44,348 nt of DNA from Verrucomicrobiota bacterium (GCA_021413535.1 JAIOQF010000202.1:1-44348); one strand, 5' to 3'; positions 18,069 to 27,827 are shown, numbered from the stretch's first letter. Made by a program: numbers and translations. Notes: generated from the sequence alone by a model not told the origin.

Positions 18069-19394
18069 TCAATGGCCAGTTTTCGCGGCGATGGTGATGC
18101 GATTATAGCTAAACACCATGAGAATTCCGCCGATGATGCCAAACGGGGCCATGAAGTAGAAATAGTAGTCCCAGCTCTTGTCCAAAAGCTTGCCGAGAAT
18201 TAAACCTGCCAGACTGCCGCCGAAATATTGGAAGGAATCAATCAGACCCGAGGCAAATCCGGCCCGGCGCGCGCCGCCGATATCCATGGCCGCAGCCGTT
18301 CCAAGGATCGAATGCGTGGCATTGGCCGTGAATGAAATCAACACAAGGAAGATCACCGCGGCATTGGCGGAATGAACCTGCGCTGCCATTAAAATAAGGA
18401 TTGTCTCCATGAAATAAAGAATCGCGGCAACCGGCGCGCGATGGCCGTTAAAAACGATGTCCGAAACATAGCCGGAAACCAGTGAGCCCGCGGAGGCGAC
18501 GAACGGGATGAGGAATCCGACCCACTGGAATTGCGCCGAGTCCAACTGCACGTGGTAAACATCCTCAAGCAACCGAGGAAACCACTGGTCAACCCCCTGG
18601 CGCACCGCGCCGGTGCAGGCGTAGGCGCAGGCGGTGATCCATACGATGGGCATTCGCACGATGGTCAGGAAAACCTGCTTGATCGGCATTTCCACGGAAT
18701 CCGTATGCGGCTCGTCGGGATTGACGGCTGGGAAATCCGCATGTTCCGGCGTGTCCTTGACGATCAGTGCCATCATGACTGCGGCGACGCACGCGATCCC
18801 TGCCGGGATCCAGAACAGCCAGCGCCAGTGCAGCGCAGGAACATGCCACATGCCCAGAAAGGTGAACCCGGCGAGCACTGCGGGTCCCAGTTTGAAAATT
18901 CCGAACCTGCCGAGGTTGATCATGAATCCGAAGATGCCGGAAAATCTGCCGCGCTCGGTGTGGCTGAACCAGGCGGCATTGATCTTGATCATGCCTGGCG
19001 CGCCGAACGACTGCATGTAGCCGTCAATACCGCGGAGCACGACGAATAACCCGAGCATTCCCCAGAACGAGGCTGCGCCAAAAAGAACATTCATCACGAT
19101 CGTCCCTGCAGCACCCATGAGCATCGCGCGCTTGCCACCGTAATGGTCCGTCAGCAGACCGTTAATGATCTGGCCGAACGCGTAGGCGAGCAGCGCCGTG
19201 GTAATGATCAGGCCCATATCGCCCTTGGAAAATCCGAATTCCGCGCTGATGGACTTATTGGCCAGCGGCAGATTGTAGCGGCACATGTAGTATGACGTGT
19301 AGAGCAGGCCGATAAAGCCCCAGTTCAGCCCGCGACGAGCGCGGAAGCCGGGTGGATAGAGTGGCCGGTGGCCGGAGGAGGGGAGGTCAGACAT
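18069..19394 (-). CDS. MFS transporter, organophosphate:Pi antiporter type (GlpT/UhpC-like)
   Basis: 12 TM segments. The N-terminal region YYMCRYNLPLANKSISAEFGFSKGDMGLI...GLLTDHYGGKR resembles GlpT/UhpC. ATG at 19394 chosen within track ORF 18069..19445. Confidence 0.85.
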   Translation of the reverse strand: MSDLPSSGHRPLYPPGFRARRGLNWGFIGLLYTSYYMCRYNLPLANKSISAEFGFSKGDMGLIITTALLAYAFGQIINGLLTDHYGGKRAMLMGAAGTIVMNVLFGAASFWGMLGLFVVLRGIDGYMQSFGAPGMIKINAAWFSHTERGRFSGIFGFMINLGRFGIFKLGPAVLAGFTFLGMWHVPALHWRWLFWIPAGIACVAAVMMALIVKDTPEHADFPAVNPDEPHTDSVEMPIKQVFLTIVRMPIVWITACAYACTGAVRQGVDQWFPRLLEDVYHVQLDSAQFQWVGFLIPFVASAGSLVSGYVSDIVFNGHRAPVAAILYFMETILILMAAQVHSANAAVIFLVLISFTANATHSILGTAAAMDIGGARRAGFASGLIDSFQYFGGSLAGLILGKLLDKSWDYYFYFMAPFGIIGGILMVFSYNRITIAAKTGH

Positions 19395-19642
19395 TCGGTC
19401 ACGATAGAGAGTTTCACTGGCTCCTGTAAAGTATGAAGCGCACATTCCTGCAGAATGTGATCGGCGACAGCGGAAGCGCGGTCGCTACTGGGGACACGAT
19501 TTTTCTTGCCAAAGTGCCCAGTTCGTGTTTGTTCCCGACCCTCGCGAGCCACGTTTAACACCGTCGGTCTTTGGGTTCCACAGTCACTCAAGTGATTGTG
19601 GAGCGCTCGTCCCAAAGGTAACCCGGTCACCATCCAAAATAC

Positions 19643-20764
19643 ATGTCCATCCGTCTAGCTAGATTTGAAATGCCGACCCGCCTCGTGAAGAACGAGACGA
19701 CGGCCACCGAAACCTTCGGCCAGTTCGTCGCTGAGCCTTTTGACCGTGGCTACGGCCACACCATCGGCAACAGCCTCCGCCGCGTGCTCCTCTCCTCCTT
19801 GGAAGGCGCCGCCATCACCAGCGTCCGCATCAAGGGCGCGGAACACGAGTTTTCCACCTTGCCCGGCGTGCTGGAAGACGTCACCCAGATCGTTCTAAAC
19901 CTGAAGAAGGTGAAGTTCCAGCATTTCGAAAACAAGGAAACCCAGCTCCTCCAGATTCAGGCCGACAAAGAAGGCGTCGTGACCGCTGGCGATATCAAGG
20001 AGAACCAGCACTACCACGTCATCAACAAAGACCTGGTGATTTGCACTCTTGATCGCAAGGGCAAGTTCGAAGCCGAGATCGAAGTCAAAGTCGGTCGTGG
20101 TTTCGCCACCGGTGAAGAAAACAAGCGTTTGGACATGCCCATTGGCGTGATCCCGATTGACTCCATTTTTTCTCCCGTCACCCGCGTCAAATATGCCGTG
20201 GACTCCACCCGCGTGGGTCAGAACACCGACTATGACAAGCTCATCGTTGACGTCTGGACAGATGGCCGCATCAGCCCTCAGGACGCACTGACACAATCTT
20301 CCGCCATCCTGCGCCACCACCTCGACGTGTTCGTGAATTACGACGACAGCCTCGTTGAGTTCGACGCCGCGCCCGAAGCTCAGAGCGAGGAAAATCTCGA
20401 GCTGCGCAAGCTGCTCAACATGTCCGTCAACGAGATTGAACTCAGCGTTCGTGCCGCCAACTGCCTCAACAATGCCAACATCACCTCCGTCGGCCAGCTG
20501 GCCATGAAGACTGAGGCCGAGATGCTGCGCTACCGCAACTTCGGCAAGAAATCGCTCACCGAGATCAGAGAAAAGCTCAACGAACTCGGCCTTGGCCTGG
20601 GCATGAAGCTCGATCCATTGCTGCTTGAGCCCCTTCCTGGTGGCATTTCTATGCTGCGAGCTCCCGGCTTCCGCCGCGAAGATGAAGAAGAAGGCGGCGA
20701 TGCCGACAACTTCGCCCGGCTCATCAGCGCCAATCTTCCCGAAGACGGTGAAGACGAAAAATAA
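19643..20764 (+). CDS. rpoA: DNA-directed RNA polymerase subunit alpha
   Basis: FGQFVAEPFDRGYGHTIGNSLRRVLLSSLEGAAIT, and a C-terminal domain with LSVRAANCLNNANITSVGQL. About 45 extra C-terminal residues ending in an acidic tail. Confidence 0.97.
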   Translation: MSIRLARFEMPTRLVKNETTATETFGQFVAEPFDRGYGHTIGNSLRRVLLSSLEGAAITSVRIKGAEHEFSTLPGVLEDVTQIVLNLKKVKFQHFENKETQLLQIQADKEGVVTAGDIKENQHYHVINKDLVICTLDRKGKFEAEIEVKVGRGFATGEENKRLDMPIGVIPIDSIFSPVTRVKYAVDSTRVGQNTDYDKLIVDVWTDGRISPQDALTQSSAILRHHLDVFVNYDDSLVEFDAAPEAQSEENLELRKLLNMSVNEIELSVRAANCLNNANITSVGQLAMKTEAEMLRYRNFGKKSLTEIREKLNELGLGLGMKLDPLLLEPLPGGISMLRAPGFRREDEEEGGDADNFARLISANLPEDGEDEK

Positions 20765-20798
20765 AACTGTGATCTCACCGACTCATTAATATAATTCC

Positions 20799-21308
20799 AT
20801 GACACACGGGAAAAAAATCTCAAAACTCCAGCGCAGGAAGAGCCATCGTGATGCTCTGATCAAAAACCTGTGCAAGAGCCTCATCGAGCATAATCGCATC
20901 CGCACCACGCTGGCCAAAGCCAAGGCGGTGGCGCCATTTGCGGAGAAACTCGTCACCCTCGGGAAACGTGCGCTCAAGCCCACCGGCAAAAATGAGCAGG
21001 AACGCGGTGCCAACGTGGTTCATCTGAACCGCCAAGCCTTCGCCAAGCTCCGTGACCGGGATCTGGTCTTCAAGCTCTTCCACAACATCGCGACGGCCTC
21101 CAAAGATCGTCCCGGCGGTTACACTCGCATCACCAAACTCGGCCAGCGGCAAGCAGACTCTGCTCCGATGGCGTTCATCGAGTGGGTGGATACCTTCGTT
21201 CAGAAAGAAGAAGCGGTCGAACCCGAAGCCGCTGCGGAAGTCGACGTGAAACCGAAGAAAGCTCCGAAAGCCAAAAAGGCCAAGGCAGAGAAGGCAGACA
21301 AAGCCTGA
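20799..21308 (+). CDS. rplQ: 50S ribosomal protein L17
   Basis: KLQRRKSHRDALIKNLCKSLIEHNRIRTTLAKAKAV...GGYTRITKLGQRQADSAPMAFIE, plus a Lys/Ala-rich C-terminal extension. Confidence 0.95.
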   Translation: MTHGKKISKLQRRKSHRDALIKNLCKSLIEHNRIRTTLAKAKAVAPFAEKLVTLGKRALKPTGKNEQERGANVVHLNRQAFAKLRDRDLVFKLFHNIATASKDRPGGYTRITKLGQRQADSAPMAFIEWVDTFVQKEEAVEPEAAAEVDVKPKKAPKAKKAKAEKADKA

Positions 21309-21335
21309 ACCGCGAGCAATTATCAACTAACAAAC

Positions 21336-21371
21336 AAAAAACGCGGTGGCTCCGGCCTCCGCGTTTTTTTT
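21336..21371 (+). terminator. rho-independent terminator after rplQ
   Basis: AAAAAACGCGGTGGC-TCCG-GCCTCCGCGTTTTTTTT. A GC-rich stem of 8 pairs with one mismatch, a 4-nt loop, an 8-T run, and an A-run upstream (possibly bidirectional). Confidence 0.8.
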
Positions 21372-21496
21372 GTAAAATTTCATTCAGATCTTAGTAGCAG
21401 ACGACGTGAGGAGGCTCGAATTTTTCATTGTAGGCGACACGCTGAACATCCATTTAAGGGCTTCGTTACCTTGGCAACTACCTCTGATATGGATGA

Positions 21497-22042
21497 CTAC
21501 TTCGCGCTGTCGCCGCCGCCTTCTTTCCACGTCCGACCGCGTCCCGAGGAAATGGCGGCCAACAAGCTTGCATAGAGTGAATTGATCGTGGCCTCATCTT
21601 GCACGGAATATTCAACGGTGTGAGCGTGCGTAGAGGCGGGATAATTTTTTACCACATTCAACCGGGCAGCATTCGGCGAGACCCGTGCTGCGGCCTGCTG
21701 GGCGGTGTCTTGGGCACGGTTCAAGAGGATCTGTCCGGCATTTAACGGCGTATCCTTGCCGGCGGGCTCGAAAAAGTAAAAGCGCGCAACCACAGCGGTA
21801 TCAGTGCCGATCGTCACCTCTACGACCCGGGCCACGCCATCGGATATATACTGATGCTTCGAGGCGCAGTTGATATGATTCAATTTCACTAAATAATGTC
21901 CGCCATTGGTGAAGCTTGCCTGCCAGAAATTTGGATTATTGCTATCGGTCGCTGGCGCAGGCGCTGGTGTCGGCGGGGTGGTCTGTGCGCTGGCGAGGGA
22001 GGCGAGAACGGTGAAGATGAAAATACGAAGGATGGTTTTCAT
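21497..22042 (-). CDS. secreted hypothetical protein
   Basis: Signal peptide MKTILRIFIFTVLASLASAQ followed by a T/P-rich linker. No family recognised. Confidence 0.55.
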   Translation of the reverse strand: MKTILRIFIFTVLASLASAQTTPPTPAPAPATDSNNPNFWQASFTNGGHYLVKLNHINCASKHQYISDGVARVVEVTIGTDTAVVARFYFFEPAGKDTPLNAGQILLNRAQDTAQQAAARVSPNAARLNVVKNYPASTHAHTVEYSVQDEATINSLYASLLAAISSGRGRTWKEGGGDSAK

Positions 22043-22154
22043 TCAGTTGGTTGGGTGAGTTAATCAAGGATGGCATAGCGGCGGTTAAAGGGAAGGATAA
22101 ATCTGATGTTCAAAATCCGCAGATCGCGCCGATGAACGCAGATTTAACATTAAG

Positions 22155-24215
22155 TCACTTTAACGCCTGAATCACATTATTGAAGTCATCCGTCCACACG
22201 CGACTGTCGGGGCGTGACTGAATGGCGCTGGCGGCATTGCGGATCTTGTCTACTTCGAGGAAATTTATACTCCTCGTGAGCAAGACCCATTCACTGGGGT
22301 ATTGCTTATTATCCTTTCTGTCTTCGATGATGCAGGCTGTTTTTAAATCGTGCGCGTCAGCGAGCCGCTGCAGAACTGGTGCGAGATCGAGCGATTTATT
22401 GGTGATATGAAAAGCCAGCACACCTTCGGGCGCGAGATGTTTCAGATATAGAGAAATAGCTTCGCGGGTCATTAGATGGACGGGGATGGCATCGCTGGAA
22501 AAAGCATCCACTGCCAGCACGATGAATTGCTGGCTGGGTTCACGCTCAAGATTGAGCCGAGCATCACCCAGCACGATCTCAATTTTTGCCGCGCTATCCT
22601 TGAGGTAACTGAAGTCACGCTGGGCGATTTCAATGACCGAGGGATTGATTTCATAAAAGCGGTATACGTCACCTCGCTTGCCATAGGTCGCGATAGTTCC
22701 TGCTCCCAGCCCTATGATTCCGACCCGGGCGTTCTTCTGGCCGAGTGCATTCAAGGTGCGACCGATGCCGGAATTGGCCGTGTAGTAGGTGCTAGGCACA
22801 CGGGAATAGCGACCGTTTGGGAACTGTTCTCCATGGACGGTAGTGCCGTCCGTCAGGGTGCGTTGGAAGTGATCGGCGTCACCGGGGTCGTTTTCCAGAA
22901 CGCGAACCACCCCGTAAAAATTGCGGGTGATCAGCTTCGCCTTGCTGGAGAACATCACAATTTTGAAGATGGAGGCTGACACTGTTATCAGGAGCAGACA
23001 AACGCCAGCCACCAGATATAACCGTCTGGCTCCTCGCATCTGATAAATCCAGAGTGCAGCCAAAGAAGCTAGGGCGACGGGGAGTTCATAAACACCGGAA
23101 AAAATATTTGGTGCGATGATGCCCACCAGCAGAGCGCCGATGGCCCCGCCCAGTGAGATCATCAGATAAAAGCGCGTCAGGTGCCGGGGAGCAGGACGCA
23201 GGCGGTTGAGTTCGCCATGGCAGAACATGCAGGACACGAAAAGTCCGTCTGAAAAGATGCTGATTTGGAGAATGAATCCCAAATCAAACTGATATTGCGC
23301 CAGACACCATGACATGATGACTAACATCACTCCAACCAAACTCATGATAATGTCGCGCTGATACCAGCCCCGACCATCGAAACACAGAATAAAGGTGAGG
23401 AGATAGATGCTGAGGGGCAGAACCCAGAGCAAAGGAATGGAAGCCACATCTTGCGTCAGATGATTGGTCACAGCGAGCAAGAGCACGGAACCCAATGCGG
23501 CCAGCGCAGCCCAGAGTAGTTGAGTGAAGAATGTGGGCGGTGGCTCGTGGGATTGATCCGGAAGTTGCATCGTCGGATTGACCGCAGTCGATCTCATTCC
23601 GCGCCAGGCGGTCGCGCAACACAGAATCGCGAATGCTGCGTAACCCAGCGACCAGAATCTAGCTTGTGTGATTGCGCCGATCCACCGTTCAATCACCAGC
23701 GGGTAGCCGAGCAACGCGATCATCGATGCCAAGTTTGACAGGGCAAACAAACGGTAGGGACTTTTATCCGGGCAAGCGCGCGCGAACCACGACTGCAACA
23801 AGGGACTGGTGGTGGAGAGCAAAAAAAACGGAAGTCCGATGGTAGCCGTGAGCAGCAGGAGAATTCTCAATGCGGGATTCTCCGCGCCAGTTGGCTTCCA
23901 ACTGGCGTCAGGAATAATCGGCAGCAGGGCCAGGCTGAGAACCAGCAGCACAGCGTGGATGATGCTTTGACGCCGGAGTGAAAACCAGCGGGTGATTCCA
24001 TCAGAATAGGCATACCCGAGCAGCAGCACGCTTTGAAAAAAAACCAGACATGTCGTCCATACTGCGGCGGAACCGCCGAACCACGGCAAAATTTGCTTGG
24101 CGATGATCAGTTGCAAAAGGAACAACAGAAACGCGCTGAGAAAAATAGTTGGTGAGTAAAGCAGCATGATCGGCGAAGCTGAATCGGAGGTCGGTGAGAG
24201 TGCGTCTTGAATCAA
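22155..24215 (-). CDS. fused polytopic membrane / spermidine-synthase-like protein
   Basis: About 450 aa of TM segments, then a Rossmann-type module (IIGLGAGTIATY...FYEINPSVIEIA...VLAVDAFSSDAIPVHLMT) like the spermidine synthase family. Alternative start at 24167 (MLLYSP). Confidence 0.8.
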   Translation of the reverse strand: MIQDALSPTSDSASPIMLLYSPTIFLSAFLLFLLQLIIAKQILPWFGGSAAVWTTCLVFFQSVLLLGYAYSDGITRWFSLRRQSIIHAVLLVLSLALLPIIPDASWKPTGAENPALRILLLLTATIGLPFFLLSTTSPLLQSWFARACPDKSPYRLFALSNLASMIALLGYPLVIERWIGAITQARFWSLGYAAFAILCCATAWRGMRSTAVNPTMQLPDQSHEPPPTFFTQLLWAALAALGSVLLLAVTNHLTQDVASIPLLWVLPLSIYLLTFILCFDGRGWYQRDIIMSLVGVMLVIMSWCLAQYQFDLGFILQISIFSDGLFVSCMFCHGELNRLRPAPRHLTRFYLMISLGGAIGALLVGIIAPNIFSGVYELPVALASLAALWIYQMRGARRLYLVAGVCLLLITVSASIFKIVMFSSKAKLITRNFYGVVRVLENDPGDADHFQRTLTDGTTVHGEQFPNGRYSRVPSTYYTANSGIGRTLNALGQKNARVGIIGLGAGTIATYGKRGDVYRFYEINPSVIEIAQRDFSYLKDSAAKIEIVLGDARLNLEREPSQQFIVLAVDAFSSDAIPVHLMTREAISLYLKHLAPEGVLAFHITNKSLDLAPVLQRLADAHDLKTACIIEDRKDNKQYPSEWVLLTRSINFLEVDKIRNAASAIQSRPDSRVWTDDFNNVIQALK

Positions 24216-24260
24216 GTCTTCTTCTTTGACCTTTCATTCTGTGAAGCCCAACATGAGCGA

Positions 24261-24920
24261 ATGAATCTCTTCATCACCGCGACTGATACCAACGCCGGCA
24301 AAACCTATGTCACGTGCCTGCTCCTCGAGGCTCTCAAGGCACAGAGTCGACGCGCGGTGGGTTTCAAGCCATTCTGCTGTGGTGGTCGTGAAGACTCAGT
24401 CGCACTGCTCAGCGCCAGCAGCGCTGGTTTAACGCTGGATGAAATTAATCCTGTCTGGCTCAAGACCCCCGCATCTCCTTACGCTGCCGCGCTGATCGAG
24501 AATCGTTTGCTCGACCTGGAGCGAGTTTCCGAGGCTTATCATGAACTGACCCACTCTTATGAAAATGTGATCGTCGAAGGCGTGGGCGGCTGGGAAGTTC
24601 CGCTGGCACCGCAATACACCTCCGCTGATTTTGCGGAGTCGCTCGGACTGCCGGTCGTGGTGGTGGTGAACAACAAGCTTGGTGCCTTGAATCACACCAT
24701 TCTTACTGTTAAGAATATTCAAGCGAGGCAGTTGCAATGCGCAGGACTCATCTTGAATCACGTCAGCGACGAGCGAGACCCCGCCAGCATACCGCATCGG
24801 ATGATTCTGGAAGACATGTTGGATGTTCCAGTGCTAGGCGAAGTCTTGCATGGTGAGACGGATGGCAGTGCACTTCTGGAAGCCTTGCAAGTGGCACGGC
24901 AGACCTCTGCCGAAATCTAA
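24261..24920 (+). CDS. bioD: dethiobiotin synthase
   Basis: MNLFITATDTNAGKTYVT (P-loop TDT-x-x-GKT), VIVEGVGGW and VVVVNNKLGALNHT. ATG at 24261 chosen within track ORF 24207..24920. Confidence 0.85.
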   Translation: MNLFITATDTNAGKTYVTCLLLEALKAQSRRAVGFKPFCCGGREDSVALLSASSAGLTLDEINPVWLKTPASPYAAALIENRLLDLERVSEAYHELTHSYENVIVEGVGGWEVPLAPQYTSADFAESLGLPVVVVVNNKLGALNHTILTVKNIQARQLQCAGLILNHVSDERDPASIPHRMILEDMLDVPVLGEVLHGETDGSALLEALQVARQTSAEI

Positions 24921-24981
24921 AACCATCACGTAGTGGTAAATGCGCAAATTCTGAAGTTCGGTAGAGGGCTGCCGAGCCACC

Positions 24982-26172
24982 TTGACCACGCTCCGTGCTG
25001 TGCGAAACTTCGCGCCTGTGTCATCACCAAATCCCAGCGAACACTTTGAAACCCAAGCCATCCATTCTGGCTTGAATTGGCGCGAGCAAACCGGCGCTGT
25101 CATCCCGCCCGTTTTTCTCACCAGCACCTTTGAATACGGCAATGCCGGGGGCTTTGATTATACCCGCTCCGGCAATCCCAACTTCCGCAATCTCCAGCAG
25201 ACGCTGGCGGCGCTCGAAGGGTGCCAGCACGCCTGCGTCTTTGCCAGCGGAGTATCGGCTATCACCGCCGTAGTATCGTCGCTCAAGTCAGGCGATGTCG
25301 TGGTGCTTGAAGAAAATGTCTACGGCTGCACTTATCGCCTCTTCGCGCGGGTGTTCGAGAAATTCGGCGTGAGTGCCGTTTACACGGATCTGAGCAACCC
25401 CGTGAATTACGCGAAAATTTCGGAACACAAGCCAGCGCTGGTTTGGATCGAGTCACCAACGAATCCCATGCTCAAGGTTCTCGATATTGCGGCGATCAGC
25501 GAGGTCGCGCGCAAGGTCAATGCCCCGGTGATCGTCGACAACACTTTTGCCTCCAGCTACCTTCAGCAACCGGTCAAACTTGGGGCGACACTTTCGCTTC
25601 TGAGCACAACAAAATATTCCAACGGGCACTCTGACGTGCTCGGCGGCGCGGTCTGCACGGACAGCGCTGAGTGGCAGGAGAAAATGATTTTCGCCCAGAA
25701 GGCGCTCGGCTTGCAGCCCAGTCCATTTGATTCATGGCTCATAGCGCGCGGCGTCAAAACAGAAGCCCTGCGCATGGAACGGCATGGTTCGAATGCGCTC
25801 ACTTTTGCAGAGCGATTGGAGAACACCAAGGCTGTGCGCTGGGTGCGCTATCCGTTTCTTCCATCCCATCCTCAGCACGAGCTCGCCAAGCAGCAAATGC
25901 GCAACGGCAGCGGCATCGTGACCGCAGACCTGGGTTTTACTCTGGAAAAGACGCAGGCATTTCTTGGTCGCTTGAAGTATTTTCCGAAGGCTGAAAGTCT
26001 TGGTGGCATCGAGAGTCTGTGCTGCCATCCCGCGAGCATGACTCACGCCAGTGTTCCGCGCGAAGCACGCGAGGCAGTCGGCATCACCGATGGCGTTGTG
26101 CGCTTTTCCGTAGGCATCGAGCACATCGATGATTTGTGGCGCGACATCGAGGAGGCGATGACTGCTGCGTGA
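24982..26172 (+). CDS. Cys/Met-metabolism PLP enzyme (cystathionine gamma-synthase / beta-lyase family)
   Basis: FETQAIHSG, YTRSGNPN, VDNTFASSY and STTKYSNGHSDVLGG (PLP lysine). The start is uncertain: TTG at 24982 or GTG at 25018. Exact reaction specificity cannot be told from the sequence alone. Confidence 0.9.
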   Translation: MTTLRAVRNFAPVSSPNPSEHFETQAIHSGLNWREQTGAVIPPVFLTSTFEYGNAGGFDYTRSGNPNFRNLQQTLAALEGCQHACVFASGVSAITAVVSSLKSGDVVVLEENVYGCTYRLFARVFEKFGVSAVYTDLSNPVNYAKISEHKPALVWIESPTNPMLKVLDIAAISEVARKVNAPVIVDNTFASSYLQQPVKLGATLSLLSTTKYSNGHSDVLGGAVCTDSAEWQEKMIFAQKALGLQPSPFDSWLIARGVKTEALRMERHGSNALTFAERLENTKAVRWVRYPFLPSHPQHELAKQQMRNGSGIVTADLGFTLEKTQAFLGRLKYFPKAESLGGIESLCCHPASMTHASVPREAREAVGITDGVVRFSVGIEHIDDLWRDIEEAMTAA

Positions 26173-26176
26173 ATTC

Positions 26177-26259
26177 GTTGGAGTTCAAGCTTCAGCTTGC
26201 CTGGGCTTTAGCCCGTCAGGTGCATCCGACGATGAGCAAGGTGAACCTTGAACTCCAAC
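26177..26259. repeat. 13-bp perfect inverted repeat in the spacer between the two PLP-enzyme genes
   Basis: GTTGGAGTTCAAG (26177-26189) and CTTGAACTCCAAC (26247-26259) enclose 57 nt that contain a small GGGC-TTTA-GCCC hairpin. Confidence 0.85.
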
Positions 26260-26275
26260 CGTTTCTTAAGACATC

Positions 26276-27769
26276 ATGCGCGATCTACTGACAGACCCCA
26301 TGTGCCGCGCCAAAGATCTTGGCGTGCCCATTCCGCCCTCGCCTTACGGAGTCTCGGTGTGTCTTCCGTTGTGGGAGCATGTCATCGGCTATGAGGAAAA
26401 GGATCCGAAGGTGGTGTCGAAGTTTCAGAGCGGCTATCCGCGCTTTTTTATTCCGCCTGCGATCGACAGACTTATCGTTGAGGTGGAGAAGTTGCAGGCG
26501 AGGGCAGGGGAGCGCGCGCTCGTCTTTCCCCGGCGGATTCATGCCGAACGTTGCGCCCAGTTTCTTCAGAAGCAATCAGGCATTGACGCGCGGGTCGTGG
26601 AACATGATTCCGAAGCACTCGGAATCGCATTCTTCCCTGCTGCGGCATATGAAGTGGCCCGCCGTTACTGGCGCTTTTGCGGCGAGATCGTCAGCGCCCG
26701 GCAGTCGGAGGCTGCGCTGGGCATTTCCACTGTAACATCCGAAACGGAAGGCGAGACCGCGCGCCGCACCATTAAAGAGCGCCTGGCCAGGATCACCGAT
26801 CAGTCCGCAGATGATGTTTTCCTTTTCCCATCTGGCATGGCGGCGAATTTCGCCGTGCATCGGATGCTGACCTCATTAACTCCAGGTCGCAAGACGGTGC
26901 AGCTTGATTTTCCGTATGTCGATGTTCTGAAACTGCAGGAGATATTTGGTAGTGGCGTCATGTTTCTTCCGTTCAACAACGAGAGCGATTATGAAAAGTT
27001 GAGAACCATCATCAAGACGGAATCGCTGGCCGGCATTTTTGCCGAATTGCCCAGCAATCCGCTCATGAAATGTGTCGACCTGCGACGCGTCAACGAAATG
27101 CTGTCGATTGAAAAGAAGGAAGTGCCCGTGATTGTGGATGACACAGTGGCAACCAATGTGAACGTGAACGCGTTCCTGGTCGCGGATGCTGTCACGACCA
27201 GTCTGACCAAGGCCTTTTCCGGTGCGGGTGATGTCCTGGCCGGCTGCGTAATTTTGAACGGAGAGTCAGCCTATCACGCTGATTTTTCCGCATTCATGCG
27301 CGCACACCATGACAACGATCTCTGGCGCGGAGATGCCGTGGCGCTGGAACTGAATTCACGGGATTACGCGGACCGGGTGAAAGTGATGAGCCGGAACAGC
27401 ATCGCGCTCCATGAGATGCTCGCGGAGCATCCCGCAGTCGGGAAGGTGTTTCATTCCATTACCGATCAGAGCGGCATTTACCAACATCTGCTCAAGGATG
27501 GTGGCGGCCACGGCTGCCTGCTGAGCTTGGTCATGAAGGATACGACGAAAGCCCCTGCGGTTTATGACGCGATGGAGTTTTGCAAAGGTCCCAGCCTTGG
27601 CACCAACTTCACACTGGCGTGCCCCTACACATTGCTGGCGCACTATGATGAACTTGCCTGGGCGGAAAGCTGCGGTGTGGACCGCACACTCATTCGCGTT
27701 TCCTGCGGACTGGAGCCGGCAGAGATCATCGTGGAGCGAATGAAGCGGGCGCTGGATCGCACAACCTAG
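26276..27769 (+). CDS. N-terminally extended Cys/Met-metabolism PLP-dependent enzyme (fungal Str2-like cystathionine gamma-synthase type)
   Basis: The C-terminal about 320 aa has the family layout (FPSGMAANF, VDDTVATNVN, SLTKAFSGAGDVLAG with the putative PLP lysine). The about 170-aa N-terminal extension has PPSPYGVSVCLPLWEHVIGYEEKD, reminiscent of yeast Str2-type proteins from memory. Confidence 0.7.
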   Translation: MRDLLTDPMCRAKDLGVPIPPSPYGVSVCLPLWEHVIGYEEKDPKVVSKFQSGYPRFFIPPAIDRLIVEVEKLQARAGERALVFPRRIHAERCAQFLQKQSGIDARVVEHDSEALGIAFFPAAAYEVARRYWRFCGEIVSARQSEAALGISTVTSETEGETARRTIKERLARITDQSADDVFLFPSGMAANFAVHRMLTSLTPGRKTVQLDFPYVDVLKLQEIFGSGVMFLPFNNESDYEKLRTIIKTESLAGIFAELPSNPLMKCVDLRRVNEMLSIEKKEVPVIVDDTVATNVNVNAFLVADAVTTSLTKAFSGAGDVLAGCVILNGESAYHADFSAFMRAHHDNDLWRGDAVALELNSRDYADRVKVMSRNSIALHEMLAEHPAVGKVFHSITDQSGIYQHLLKDGGGHGCLLSLVMKDTTKAPAVYDAMEFCKGPSLGTNFTLACPYTLLAHYDELAWAESCGVDRTLIRVSCGLEPAEIIVERMKRALDRTT

Positions 27770-27827
27770 GACTGAGGTTTCAGCATTTTGCGCTTGTTCA
27801 TTGCATGAAGTCATCTACCGCTGGTTC

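Noticed and set aside
9478-22124. Shared 11-mer ATCTGCGGATT (9478-9488 plus strand; 22114-22124 minus strand) with nearby GCCGAT words, considered as a dispersed intergenic repeat
   Set aside because: Only two short copies exist. A comparable CGCAGATCGCG match also occurs inside the glgX coding sequence (about 12296), so chance similarity cannot be excluded from this window alone.
24921-25017. Possible SAM/methionine riboswitch upstream of the MetB-like gene
   Set aside because: I could not find the conserved helices or core motifs of any SAM riboswitch class I know. Only a weak 5-bp hairpin is present.
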